Positions 15,001 through 30,000 of a stretch of DNA of 64,000 nucleotides are shown piece after piece. This DNA is from Flectonema sp. DT1601. Taxonomy: Eukaryota. The position numbers and the translations under genes are program-made. The stretch spans positions 1,178,001-1,242,000 of the forward strand of contig OZ025785.1 in NCBI GenBank assembly GCA_964019425.1, written 5' to 3'. Each line of letters begins with the position of its first letter. Position 1 is the first letter of the stretch. The notes under the pieces are model-generated. The model worked only from the letters and a program-made list of their open reading frames with translations. It was not told where the DNA came from and made no database searches.

Positions 15001-18000
15001 TATAAAATAATGTCTGATGTTGATGTGGTTGTTCAACAAGCAGGTTTAGCTGCAGCTGATGCACTTCGAGACCAGGATGTTGATGACAACACTAGGAGAA
15101 AACTACTACATGCTTTATCACAAGTAGAATCTGGAGCACCAGCATCGGTAATATCAACCACTCTGAAGGATATAGATTTCCTCACAGACAACAGTAATGC
15201 TGTTGATACTGTTCTGAGAGACGCGAGTTCCACTGCTAAGCTCATAGGAACAAATACAGCAGATGATATTCCTGAAGAAGTTCAAAGGGCGTTGTTAGAA
15301 GCTCACAGCAGTGATGCTATTGTTGAGTTTATAAATAATAAACTATCTCAACATGATGACGATGACGATAGTCTTACACCAGAGCAACACCGTCTACTTC
15401 AACATGCCCTCAGCATCGGAAAAGACGGTCGTGGAGGTGAGATGACTTGCATCACCAATCACATCTTAGCCGACGATCCAAATTTCATTATTTTAAAAGA
15501 AGAACTCGATTCTAATTTTAAAGGGAAGCTTAGGTCAGTTGAAGGGGATCTTTCAGATGCTTTAAATAGAATTAATACTCTACAGGGACACTTGGAATCA
15601 TCTCAAGCTGAAAACGAATCCAACAAAGAACAACTCTTTACATCAACAGAATCGATCACAAAACTACAGCTATTGGAAGATGTTAGTCGGCAGAGCAGAC
15701 TTCAAGACGCTGAAGATCAACAAAAAAAGATTGAAAAACTTGAAGAAAGCTGCTGTGTACTCGAAAGGCAACTTCAAGACACGGAAGCTGTGAATGGTGA
15801 GTTGGAATTGCAAGTCGCTGAAATTAAAAATCATCTGTCTCAAAATGAACTTGAAGCAGACACAACAAAAAGAAGAACTGAACTTCTAATTGGTACTATG
15901 CACATGATACAAAACCAACCTGGTGTACCTCTCACTGTAAAGGAACAAATGACTCACGCAGTCGTTAACACACAACTTGCAGAACTCGAACAGATCGCAG
16001 TTAACCTCCTCGCTGATGATGAATCCCTTGACGTCGGTACTAAAGAAATTCTATTGAATGCAATCAACGTACAAAAACTATCTGAAACAGAGGAAACATT
16101 ACAACAAAAACAACAACGACTAGTCACTATAAGAGATACGTTAACAGGAAGATGTGGAGTAGAGTTAAACGAGCAACTTCATCAGCAACAACAACATTTA
16201 CAAATTTCTGAAAATAAAGATTTTGATAAACTATCTTACACTGTCAAACAACTACTCTCATCAGAACAGAGTAGTACAGTGATACCAAGTGCTATAAAGG
16301 AAGCTCTTTCTGATGGACTAGCTCATCATCAACAGAGAATGACAACTTTTGGAATATCAACTAATGTTGAAGAAGAAGACAATAAAGAAAGTAATCGTTC
16401 TGAAGATGATGCTGACTCAACAGAGGACACAGACCCATTAAATAATCTCGCGATCAAACTTTCTGAAACAGCAGAACAACTTCTCTCAGGACACATTGAC
16501 ACTTCAAAGGCTGAACAAACTCTAAAAGGTGTAACAATGTCTCTACGAGAAGCTGGTGAACACAGCATGGCATTCCGTATCGGTGATGCCTTTGGAAAAC
16601 CCGTCACAGAAATGATCCACACACTCAACAGTGTTGCCAGTACAGGTGATTACCACGCAGTTCATAACAAAGAAGACACACAACATCCTGTATTCCAATT
16701 AATGTCTGAGTTGGGTGTTTTAGAACACAGAATTAGAAGAGGTGATAAGATTCCATCTCGTTACATAGAAAGACTTCATGACCATGCATTAGAAGCTTCT
16801 GGATATGGAACAAGTATGGGAGAGACATCAGCAACACTCGCATTGATATCTTGTAAGAGATCAGGAAAGAATAATAACTCAACTGATATGTCTTTAGTTT
16901 CGGATGCGATTATGGCTTCTGCTCGTAGACATCCTGAGATATCAACTTCTATGACTGAAGTTAATAATGCTCTTAAGAAACAAGACTTCTCTGAAGCAAG
17001 TCGGATAGCTGCTGCAGCTGTTGATGTCCTGCGGGTTACAAGAATACTAACAGCAGAGTGTGGAGAGCTAAAGAGGAGATCTGATTTGGGTGAGAAAGGA
17101 GATGACTTTGAAAGTTCCCTCCTCAGACTTATTGAAGATCTGAAATCTTGTGATCCAAACCAAACTAATTCTAAAATATTAACAGCAATGGATCGTTTGG
17201 AACAACGAGACTTTGCATCGGCTGTTGCGTCTCTGGAATCTGCGTCAGGGTGCGGTGGGCAAAGTGTTTCAGAAGTATCAAAACGACTTTGTGCAGCATC
17301 ACTATCACTAAGAGGGAAGTTATCATCACTAAGTGGAAGTAGTTCTGTACCAGCAGCTGTAAGATCAGCTATTGTTGACTTAAATGCTGAAGTACTCGCA
17401 GCATCTCGAGCTATGCCACAGCAATGCGCAGCATCTGAACTACTCCGACTCTCAGCATCATTTCTACAAAATGCTGCATCTGATGAAAGTTGCGAACGAT
17501 CACCTTGCGAAGCAAATCTTAAGAAGGCAGAAGCCGCAGCCAGAAGTGCTGCTGAAGTTCAGAGTGGGACACACAGAGCTTCAGAGATTGTAAACAACTC
17601 TGTCAGAATAATGATGTCACCTTCACCTGAAGGTATTAATTTAACAGAAATACAAGACATGATAAGAGAGGCACTGTCATCTACAAAGGCTGCTGCTGCT
17701 TCAGTTCCTGAAGATACTGACGCAGCTTCCAGTCTCAATGAGATAGCTGACGGCTTATCAAAATTACAACTCAACTCTGAAGATCATCTTCCGATAACAA
17801 TATTAGAATCAGACATGTTGGCATCTCAACTTCGTAAACTCGCTGCTGATCCTGCCGGGGAGGAGGTTGCATCTCGTATGGTTGCCGCACGGATTAATGA
17901 AATTAAAAATGGAATATTATTTCCTCAACGACAAACATCTCCAGAAGATGTTTTAGTAAACAGCAGAGCTACCTCTGGACCATCAGCATCAGAAGAAGGA

Positions 18001-21000
18001 GTGTTGGGATTATTAAAAACTATGAGAGATAAACTACAGCAACATCAAGAATCGAATATAAGTACCACCGACATACACGAATTACAAACATACGCTGCAA
18101 AGGTTGCAGGACTTGGTCAGACAGGTGTTGTTGTCGGAGTGATGAGAAGTGACGTTGATCAGAAATTAACAAACGCTGCGTGTTCAGCTTTATCAGGTGA
18201 GACTACTGAGATTAGAGAACATATTGAGTCTGCTCTCGCTGCATGTGAAGGTGCGGCACTCGTATCAGGTCAAGCAAGAATAACAGCCAACAATCTCTGG
18301 AGTATGGAATCTAGAGCTGCTTCTGGATCTTATCCTCCATCTCAAGAGTTAATAAAGTTATCTGAAAACATGACAACAACAACATCTAAATTAGAATCTG
18401 CAGGTGGCAGTAGCAACAAAGCTCTGACAGCTCTGAATGAAGGATTAGGAGCTGCAGCCGAGTCTAGCAGCAGGGGAAGAAATATTCAAGCGGATGAGCT
18501 CTGCGTGTTGCGTGACTCTGCAGCTCACGTTGCTGGACTACCAGTACGAGATTCAGTTGCAGCAGCAACACAAGACCTGTCAAGTATGCTGACTAGTTTA
18601 GTTGCTGGGATGGATGCAGATGGTCTTAATGAAAGCATAAGCGCTGAAGACATCAAAAAAATGCAAATTCTTACTACCCAGGCAGCTGATCGTAAACCAG
18701 AAGTCAAAGAACGATTCGCTTCACTTATCACGAGAATTGATAATTTAGCAACCACCAAGACAACTGGAAAAGATCTTCTCGCCTTGCAATCAGACCTTAG
18801 AAATACATCAGCTGCAGACAGTAAAAGACACGTCATTATTAATAAATCAACACAATGTCCTGACATTGAGTGGATCACATCAGACGATCTGAACTCAAAT
18901 CTAATTAGTTCAGAGCATTCCAATCGCAGTAGTCTTGTCGCTGATGAAAATTTAGAATTCTCAAAGTTACTGCGAGAGTCGTTATTAAGTATTGAAGAAG
19001 GTCATAAAATAATTTTAGAATCACACAACGATGTTGTCTTTCGTAATTTTATGGATGTTTTGGAACCTAGAGATAGGCTTGCTATAACAAATGATCAGCA
19101 ATCAGAATTCCACGGAATACTAAAGGAATTCACTACTATCACTTTGATTGAGGGAACCAATCTAACGGTTCGTCTCAAAGACGTTATTGAAGATAATTTC
19201 GTCAACAAGGAAGAAACGTTAGCCAGATTGTTGATATCTTCAGAAGAGCAGTCGTCGCTCAATGACTTGCTGTCAGATGCAAAGATGATTGTAAATAAAA
19301 CTTTTGAACAAAATGTAAAAACTCTTTCCAACATTGTCGGTGATTCGTTTGTTCTCTTTGAAGAACCTTACAACAGACAGCTGATCGAGAATGATGAAAA
19401 TTCAGAATTTCAAAAAATATTTTCAGACCAGTTTATGCCATCAGCACTACAAGAACTCACTTCTGTTGTAAATCACTTAAAGAATGTTAACGAATCCTGT
19501 CTTCTTGAGTCTGATGAACCTCACCATCGAATGACTGTCAAAAATGATGAAAACGACGAATTCAAATCTATTCACGAAGACTATAAATCACAACTAATCC
19601 TCCAATACAATTTAAAACATGTTTCTGACCAAGTTCATAATTTCACTGAATTGGAACAAACTGAAACATGTGATCGCAATTCTGTTTCGTCGGATGAATC
19701 AGAAAACCGTTTTGAAATAATAAAATCAGCTCAGACATTATTATCAACTCAACACAGTCTGTTGGTTAATAGTAATCGAGACTGTGGACTGAGTCTTATT
19801 CAAGAACAAGAGTTACGTTTTAGAAATCAAATCGACTTGGATCAGAATGATGCCATCGCAGAGATTACAAACTTACATTCAAAACAACTAACAATCAAAC
19901 TAACATCTCTAGTCAAGTACGCGAGTAGCACGACTGCTGACTTGCTCAACTCTCAAGAGAGTACTGTGAGACATCAGATTGAGTTTGAGGAGTCTGCTTC
20001 TCACTTAGAAATCATCAGCGGTATTCAATCTGTAGTGTGTTCTACATTTAATGATGTCGTGACATTCACGAGTACTGAAGTATCAAATAAATTCCATTTG
20101 CAGGTTGAATCTACAACCAGTGACATTCTTCTCGAAGAGCAGGAACAGTTCAATAACTTCACAGCTGAGATGCTGGTTATCACACTTGAGTCAGATCGTC
20201 GACAGGGAATCGAACTGGAGTACTTTATAGAGTTGGCGCCTGATGTCCAATTGGAAGTGTCTGAAGGAATGAAGAAGAGTTCTCAACTTCATAATTTAGA
20301 ACAGGAGAGGATCGAACTTCAAAAACTACTTCAGGATAATTCACTCGCTCATGAAGATGAGAGAAGACATTTGGAACAAGAATTACAAGAGAAGGTTACC
20401 CTCGGTGATGAACTCAACGTAAAAACAACAGAAAATAAAGACTTAGCTGCCTCATTAGCACAATGTAAAGCACGTCTTGATTCTACTGTAGAAACAGTTG
20501 ATAGGATTAGGGAATCTTATGATACGAAGGAAGCTGAGAATGAAATACTTCGAACATCACTTGATGACAGTAGGCAGCGTCTTGGTGAAGCAACTCATAC
20601 TTTAGATGATGTTCGTCGGAATTATAAACAAAAAGAGTCTGAATTGAAATCCCTTCAATCTGAATACGATCAGTTCATTGTTGACACTTCTAAAGTAACT
20701 GATGATCTACGCAATAGTAAAACAGAACTTTCGTCAAAAGTCCAATCGTTGCAATCTGAGACGACTACCTCAACTCAACGAGCTGATCAGTTGCAGAAAG
20801 AAAATAGTTCTCTTATATCTGAGAAGATAGAAACTGAAGAAGTAATCACTCAACTAAAAGAAGAAAACACCACATCAATCCAACGCTCTAACAGAGACAC
20901 TTCCGCTCTGAATGATCAAACAGCAAAGGCCGTGGAATTAGAGAAGGAAAACACGGCTTTGGTTTCAAGTCAAGCAGCCATCCAACAGGAACTCGAGAAC

Positions 21001-24000
21001 TTAAAAAATCAAAGTGCTGAAGCAGAAAAGATTGCAAACAACACTTCTGAAGCTCTTCGTCAGCAGACGGAGAAGGCTACTAAATTGGAAACTGAATCTA
21101 ATGTAGTTGTAGCAAGGCAAGCTGTTGTTTTAGAAGAGCTGGATAACTTGAAAAAACAGCAGACTATCACAACAGAGTCACTCGAATTGCAAACAGAGAA
21201 AGCAACAGAACTACAACAACAGAAAGACACACTGGAATCTAAACTTTTATCAAATGAAGAACAACTATCAACACTTCAGGAACAGCATTCTGCTACTGAG
21301 AAACTCTCAGTTACTACTTCTGAGAACCTTCAGCAGCAAACACTGAAGGCAACTGACTTAGAAAAGGAAAACGCTTCCTTACTTTCTAAACAGGTTATAA
21401 TACAGGAGGAACTTGATCGTCTGCTGAAGACAAGTGCCGACGACGCAGCACTCAAAATCACTACAGAGACGGCCCTCAAAGAACAAACAGAAAAAACAAC
21501 CGAATTAGAAAAGGAGAACAAGTCCTTAGTTTCCAGACAAGTTACAATTCAGCAAGAACTTGATAATCTAAAGCAGCTGAGTATCGACGCAGAGAAAACT
21601 GCCAACAGCACATCTGAAGCACTTCAGCAACAGACAACAAAGACTGTCGAATTAGAGAAGGAGAACACAATGTTAGTTACGAAACAGACTGCAATCCAAC
21701 AAGAATTTGATGATTTACAAAAGCAAAATACTGATACTGCAAAACACAACACTGTTACCGAGACAGCTCTCAAGGATCAAACAGAAAAGGCTACCGAATT
21801 AGAAAAGCAAAACGCAATGTTAGTTGCAAAACAGACTGCAATCCAACAAGAATTTGACGATTTACAAAAGCAAACTACTGATGCCGTAAAACACAATACT
21901 GTTACCGAGACAGCTCTCAAAGATCAAACAGAAAAGGCTGCTGAATTAGAAAAGCAAAACACAATGTTAGTTACGAAACAGACTGCAATCCAACAAGAAT
22001 TTGATGATTTACAAAAGCAAACTGCTGATGCCGTAAAACACAATACTGTTACCGAGACAGCTCTCAAAGATCAAACAGAAAAGACAACTGAATTAGAGAA
22101 GGAGAACACTTCGTTAATATCAAAACAGGCTGCTATTCAACAGGAACTCGATGACGTAAACATTAGAAATAATGAAGTAGTTGCGCTGACACATATTTCT
22201 GAGGAATCTCTAAAACGGGAACAAGCGAAGGTGGCCGAATTGGAGAATGAGAAGACCACATTATCGAATGACAACACTATTGCAATGCAAGAGATTAATG
22301 TGTTGAAATCACAACAGTCAGATGTCGTGTCTAAAGTGATGGAATTAGAAAAAGAAGCAGCTTCTTCACAGCAACAGATGTCAGAACTGAGAGAACAAAC
22401 GAGTGAATCTGTGAGACGTGCTGATAGAGAAGCAACTGCTTCAAAAGAATTGCAAAACACAATCGACACTCTTGAGATTGACAAACAGCAACTTCTTGAT
22501 CAACACAATGAAAGAAGTAATCAACTCACCCAACTAACTAAAGAACACGATGAATCTATCCAACGAGCATCTCGTCTTGACACTGAGTCCACTGCGACAA
22601 TAAAGAAACTCCAAGATTTCGAAGTTATGAACCAGCAACTTCAATTAGAGAATCAATCTTCTTTAAATGATAACAAACGTTTATCAGATGAAAATAAGGT
22701 TGCAATCGAAGAGCTTTCTGGTTTACGATTAGAGACATCTTCCGTTAAAGATGAATTAAAGAATCTGATTACTGAAAGGAGTGATTTATTACAAAAAATA
22801 CAAAACACGGAATTAGCTAGCCGATCCCAAACTGAACAAGTCACAGCACTGGAGCAGAAACTAATGCAAGTATCAAATGATCAAGATACCGTCACGTCAG
22901 ATCTCCAACAGCAACTCAGAACAGAATCAGAGAAAACAACTCTGCTTGATAATACTAATGCGGAATTAGAACGTGAAAAACAGGTCCTCGTCGAACATTT
23001 ATCAGAAGCAAATGATAAGGTCAAACACACTGAAGACTTGCAACAGCAAACCACATTATTAAAACAGAAAAATGACAGTTTGAAAAAGCAAATGGAAACT
23101 ACTGAACAACTAACTGACAACATGCAAGTTGAAATTGATGAACTGGTCAGGTGTAAGAATGAAACTGACCAAGAGCTACATTCAAAAGAAGAACAACTAT
23201 CAGACATGTCACGAGAATTACGATCAAGTAGAGATCAGTTGATGACTGTTAGTAGTGATGCTCAACAACTTCAACTAGAATATGATGAATTTAAAAATGA
23301 AGCTGACACCACTCTCACTGACTTCTCAGAAGAACTTCGATCAACAAGAGACGTTGTTACTTCAAAGGAACGTGAGTTAGATGACGCAAGCGAATACATC
23401 AGCCAATTAGAACAACAAAACGAATCACTTCGAACTGATCTCACAAACGGTACTTCAGAGTTACGTAACTTAAAAGATATCCTTCGGAATAAAGATGATC
23501 TTCATTCTGTTAGTCAAGAAACTTCAAATTCAGAAATGAGAACATTACAATCAAAGATTGACAACCTTTCAAAGTGTCAGGTGATATCCATTACAAGAGA
23601 AGATGATTTGAGTTGTGTTAAATTATCACTTCACTCGATTGGAAGTGGTACCGTTAAATGGTCATTATGCAACACAGAAGAATCATTCACTGTTTCTGCA
23701 AGTCCACACGCAACACAGATAGATGTCACACGAATAGTCTCTGATAATTGGTCTCCGTTGGGATTGAAATTTTCAGCTTCTGGTGAGACTGGTCCAAACA
23801 TTGATTTGGTGATAAGTCATCCACCGATTATAACTAACGCTGTGGCTACGATGAATAGAAATGTCAGAGACAGGACGATGTCATTACAGATTGCGGCTGT
23901 GTCACTTCAAAATAACACTTCACTAAATGAATTGTCTCAAAAAACTAATTTGGAATACGTGATTTACGACACTGCTGGCAGTATTAATCACGGCAGTCTA

Positions 24001-27000
24001 GTAGGAAATAAAGAAATGAGTTCACAAGCAATCAGCGAGGAGTTGTTTGTTGGTAAGAAGTCTGTTTCGGTTAAACTCACTCTCAGATCGATGGATAATG
24101 GGAATTCATCATTGAGATCTTATGTAGTAGACTCTTTGATTATTCCTTCTTTAGATGTCGTTGAGTTAAAACTAGTGGATGTGACTACTGAGATGGAACC
24201 GAACAGGTGTTGCAGAGTGTTCTTTAATATCATTGGAACTAAAGATGAGAACTCACCTACGCCAGTTGCATATTTCATAGCAACACCGAGAGTGTCTAGT
24301 CTTCCTCAACTAACCTCTTTGGAAGTCATTGAAAGAGCGAAATCATCTGAACCCAGCACAGCAGTTTTTAGAACTCTTGACACGGACGCGACGCAAGACT
24401 TACAAATATCAAGACTTCCTTTTTCAGGTGGCCCCGTTATTGTGTACGCAGTTCTTAGTTGTAATAATGAATTAATTACTGTCGAGGCTAACGTTCCAAG
24501 ACAACGACCGATTCTAAAGGGATTGACTGTGACAAAAGTAACCCCGAGGGATGTTGAAGTTAAGGTTATTACAGTCGAGGAGTCCCAACCAGATTTAAAG
24601 AAAATGAAATTATCGTTTGTGATTGTGGAGTCAGACTCAGACTGGAATGAACTCATTAAAAGTGAATCACAGCAATCACCTCAATATCACCACGGTCAAA
24701 TAGTTATGGCAAAATCACTTGTTGGTAGTTCAGAGTTGAATGGCAGACAAGGAGTCGTAACTGTTGATACCACTGAAGAAGTACCAGAAGGAAGGGTTTT
24801 AGTTGACTTTGGACAAGACATTGGAAGACGAGCACTTCGATTTAGCAACATCGAACTCTACTTCACTCCAAACAGTGAAGTAAGAGTAAAACACGACAAC
24901 GTCATAGCAGTTGTATCTTCAACTCAGAGAGAGGGAAGTGGCCATGTCATGGTCAACCACTCTGGTGGGATTCAAAAGAGTTACAACCACTCTCAATTAT
25001 CTGATCCATCATTATCCACTTCTGGTGTCGTATCAATTAACAGTAATGGATTAACATCAGTCATTACTGCTAATGGTACAGCTACTATCTCTGTTACAGA
25101 TTGTAATCTCAGAGAACACTGTTCTTATATTATAAAAGCGTGTTTACACCAGTCTAACTTTCAAGGTTTAGCTGATCTGTATAGCAGTGTTGAATCTGTT
25201 GCGATGGTAACATCAGGAGAACCAATTAAAAGTATTCAAGATGTTGAGATCTCGATAACAAGACAGGAGAAGGTGGTCAGGTTTACGTCTTATGGAAAAG
25301 GAATTTTGTTCTGGGGAGTATCACGGGCAGCAGCATCAGAAGCGATGCCTTCAAAGGCGAGTCGATTAATTGCTTCGATAGAAGATGATCCTGAGGTTGT
25401 TGCTGTCGGTTTTGATCTCTCAGGAGTGACAGGACTTCTTCCATCTAAATCTTCTGGTTGTGTGTTTATGACTCCTCATTCAGATGTAGTATCAAACCTT
25501 GAACCTTCAACTGACTACACGCTTCTTCTTGTCGCAAAAACTGAAGACAATTCTTTGCAAGATGAACCGTTCTTGATCTTTCCGTTTAAAACACCCGATG
25601 CTATTCCAGAAATAATAAACTTATTACCAATCCATATCGCTGTTACAAGTGCTACCTTTTCAGTTCAGTTAACAGCAATCCCTGGTGTTATGTTTTATTG
25701 TGTTGGTCAAGGAGGATTTCACAGCCGTGCGAAGTCTTCTTCTGACATTCAACTGATAGCTGATAACGAAGCTGTTGCTTCAAACAATGTCTCAGTAGAG
25801 TCACAGTCAGCAGTTCAGTTTACTATTGACGGACTGTCTCCTGGACAAGAGTTTGATTTGTATACTTGGATTAATGAAGGGACTTCAATTATAAACAGAT
25901 TTTCAACACAATCAATAGCTGCAGTGACTGGTGGTAGAATTGAAATTGTTAAAATAGAACCACAACTAGCGGTGTTTAGCTTTGAAGCCACCAGTCCTGG
26001 TAGACTTCACTGGATGGTCATCCCTTCTGATGAATCACCTGAGATCACACCAGAAATTGTAAAGGCTGCTGCTCTTACAGCAGCCTCTCCACATGCTGGT
26101 GCTAAGCTAGTGGATACTTTATATAGCAATAGTATTACCGTTACTAAACTATTATCGGGTACTGAATATTTATTATTTGCTGTCCCTGCTTCGAATGACG
26201 GATCCATTGCTGGTGAAGCGTCTCTTTTAAGAGTCGAATTCAAGACTGGTCAACGTGGATCACTTCTTCAAAATCTAATCATTTCTAATTTGACGGATTC
26301 TTCTGCTGAACTTCGAATTTCAGCAGACCCATCAAGTGAGCTATCTTTGAAATATATTTTGAGGAGAGCTGATGCTCCGGTTTGTAATTTCTTCATTATC
26401 TTTTCTAATCACATTAGTTTTATATAAAAATACAAAATAACACACAGGAACCGACATCCGATGACCTCGACTCACGCTCAGAAGTTAAAATCACAGACGG
26501 AAGTGCGTCTGTTATGCTGGATGGCTTGAGTGAGGTTTGTGTATTCTTTTTTCTTTAAATTCATCCAACAGTGTTGATTAATCAAAAACCCCCCCTGTAC
26601 CTTATAACAATAACAACAACAGGGTCAGAGGTACATTGTTACTGCAGCAGTGAGTGATAAGGATACGGAAGAGCCAATTATCAAAAGACTTGACTTTGAA
26701 ACAACTTGCGCTCCTCCAATTATCACAAATATGGAAACTATTGCGATGGCTCACAAATTAACAGTGAAATGTCATATGAAAGGAAGGTCTGGTAGAGTTC
26801 ATTGGGCTGCGAGAGTGAAAAGAGAATCACCTGAAGAGATGACTGTCTCAACTGTGTTGGGAGGATCACCAACAGCATTTGAACAATGCGGAATGATTAT
26901 CCAAGAATTGAGTCACTCAGAACAGAGCGATCAGTTTGTTGAAGTAGAAGTAGTAAACCTAACTTCAGATCCACAACTAAATGGATTACAAGGAAAAGTA

Positions 27001-30000
27001 AAACTACCCTTCCCGGATGATACCATTCCTGTTGATGTTTACTTTCCAAATATTGGATTTAAACAAATTCATCAACAGAACCTGACTGAGTCTACACCTG
27101 AAACACAAATCGTTATTAATAACTTACAACACACTGGATTAACATACACATTGTACTTGATTACAGCTACCGCTAATGGTCAAGTATTTGGTACATCAGT
27201 GTATGAAACATCAGGAATACCTAGCGGTGATGCTCCTATCATCTTATCAACAAGAATTGTTGAACACCATCTCGAAGTTAAATTAAGTGGAACTGGAGTG
27301 TTGTACTACAAAACTGTTCCAACGGATGATGACGATGACGATGTAATACCACCTACGGTAGCTTTATTCAAAGACGCTGACCCTTCACATGTACAAACTG
27401 ATGATAACAACGTAGCTGAGGTACCAGTTGGACAGGTTAAGAGTAAGGTCTATTTGTTAACTTCAGAAAAATTAAATTTCGAGAATTGTTCTCAAAGAGT
27501 AAATGAAATAATGTTTGTACCAACTTCAATGGAACCTATCATTAAGGATGTGACGATATTGAAATCTGGTTGTGACTTTTGCAACATCAGTTGTGAAGCA
27601 GTCCCATCAAATCCAGAAGCAGGAGAAACAATAACACAACTCTATTGGGGTGTGACTGTGTCTGGTGATGTTGAAACATCGATTGATTCAACAAGTCTTT
27701 CCAGAAGACCTCGTTCAAGTAGTCTCGTTGAAGGTTTTGGTTCGATAGTCGCGAGAGGATCTTCTGATGGTTTAGATTTGAATAACGTTCTCATCAAGTC
27801 ACCGAAATTAGAAAGTAATAAACACTATGTTGCTCACCTAACTGTTCAAAGTAGTAACGGTAAAATATCAAAAGTTCATAAATCGATTTTTAGAACACTC
27901 GAAGAACTTCACATCGAACTGACATCATTATCAACAACCGAAACAAGTATGAATTCTGAATTTTCAGTCAGTTTGAAAGATGCCAATCTAAACAGTGAAC
28001 TTCTTCCATCAAGAAAAGTTAACTTTTCAATAACTGAAGCAAATGAAACGACAACCCCAAGTAACATCCTGACTGCTATGGTATCACCGGGTGAACCTTA
28101 TACATTGTTGGTTAGTGATGTAAATTTAAAATCAGATACGGATTATAAAATAATATTTCACAACATACAAAAGGGATCATCAGAGTACAACTTTCAAACA
28201 GAAAGTTTAGGTTTTGATCAAAATAAAACTTCACTTCGCGTTACTAATATCGGAGGAACAACAGCAACACTCGAAAAAAGATCAAAAAATATCATTTCTG
28301 GTAAAGAATTCGCTCACAACATCACTTTCTGTTATCTGTTAAGGAGTGGCGTTCATGAAGATCCTGGAACTGCTGAGGACATAAAAGAATGGGGAGAAGA
28401 GTTTAGTGACAATGATCAATTCTTACTAATAAAGAATCTCCAACCAAATAAAGCTTACAGCATAGGTTACTATCAACAAGGTACTACTGATGTTAGATCC
28501 ATCGCATTCGAAACAAAATCAATAATACTAAAAGTAGTATCAGTCGGAGTAACTGATGCAGAGATTTCACTTATAGAGAACACTTCTATTTTACCGAATG
28601 ATATTTGCATTGCGGTCAGTAAGCTAACTGATTCATCGGTTCCAACTTTTAAGGAGTTTGGAAATAATCGAACGACCACATTATCTGACCTGACCCCGTC
28701 AACTAAATACGTTGTAGGAGTCTCCCCTTCTAGTGTTGTGCCGTATCAAAGCGTGGCGACATTGCAGTTTGAAACATCTAACGTGAGTATTTCAGTAACT
28801 AATATTACAGCAAAAACTGCAGATCTTGTTTGCCCTTCTGGAGTTACGTATTTACTAAGGCAAGGAATCCACCCTGATCCGGGTACTGCTGATGATATTC
28901 TATCATGGGGAACTCAAACTCAGTCAACATTAACAGTATTGCCTGGGTTACAACCGTCTAAGGATTATACTTTAGCATATCTAGTAGGTGTGACTGATAC
29001 TGTAGGTGAAACGTTGCAATTTAAAACCTTGAAATTAGTACCTGAAAATACAATTCAATGGGTGACATTACTCTCAGCTGATCAAACTACTGCGACATTC
29101 TCGATTAACGCTACGGCAGAAGGGAAAGCTTTATACAGCTATGCTCCAACAAGTATTGTTACTGGTGTTGTAGACTCAAGTCAGATGTTGAAGTGGAAAG
29201 ATTCATTTCCAGAACAGGGAGGTTCAGGTAAGTCACAAATCCGTTCGCAACCATCCAGTGATGGTCAGCTACAGGCAATAGTACCATTATCTGATTTGAT
29301 GACTGGAGTTAAATATAACTTCTACGCTTCAATATATGAATCTGGAGAGTCTAGTGAGGTAACTGGTCCTACAGAATTCGTGACTGAGCAACTCATCAAA
29401 GAAGCCTTCAGTGATGACGACGACTCTGAAGTTGAAGCACTACCAGATGATTATTTAGAAAGTCGAACATTTGCTGAAGAAGTTAAAAACCCTCTCGATG
29501 CGGAACTTGACATATCAATGTTAGCAAAACCTCAATACCTACGTGCTCTGTTCCACGTTCAGAAGTTTAATCCAGACAAGGCGTTTGGAGCAAAACGTGA
29601 CAGAGTTTGGTGTCTCGACTTCTACAGTAAGGTTTTTGCGAATCTTCGACCTGGAAAAACAGACATCGATACTCTCGCAATGATAGACAACAATGATAAA
29701 AAGATGACTACATACCCACATGATAAGTTATTTAGATGTGAGAAAGACCCAATGGCATTCAAGAGAGTCAGAGTAAGATTTCATGGAGCAGACCATCCTT
29801 ACGACTTAGTGTTTCAAAGCCCAGCTCATAGACAACGCTTTTACGAATGTGCAAAAGCACTCAGAAATGGATTGGTTTGGGCACCGTCACTTTGTCCAAT
29901 TGAGGGAGAGGATAACACTCCGCATTGCTTTCAGATAGAGATTCAAGGAACTGCTAGGAAAGCTGGTCAGTCAAAGACTCAATTTACTCCTGGACACCAA

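Larger units (their letters stand above)
23800..29400 (+). repeat. Array of FN3/Ig-like beta-sandwich repeats in giant protein
   Basis: Repeated L-x-P/S-x-T-x-Y tyrosine-corner motifs: NLEPSTDYTLLL, DGLSPGQEFDLY, KLLSGTEYLLFA, NLQPNKAYSIGY, DLTPSTKYVVGV, GLQPSKDYTLAY, DLMTGVKYNFYA, typically ending in F-x-T. Confidence 0.75.

Noticed and set aside
26650..26652. GTG start of an independent 1767-aa gene
   Set aside because: Better explained as an internal Val of exon 3, which begins at 26623.
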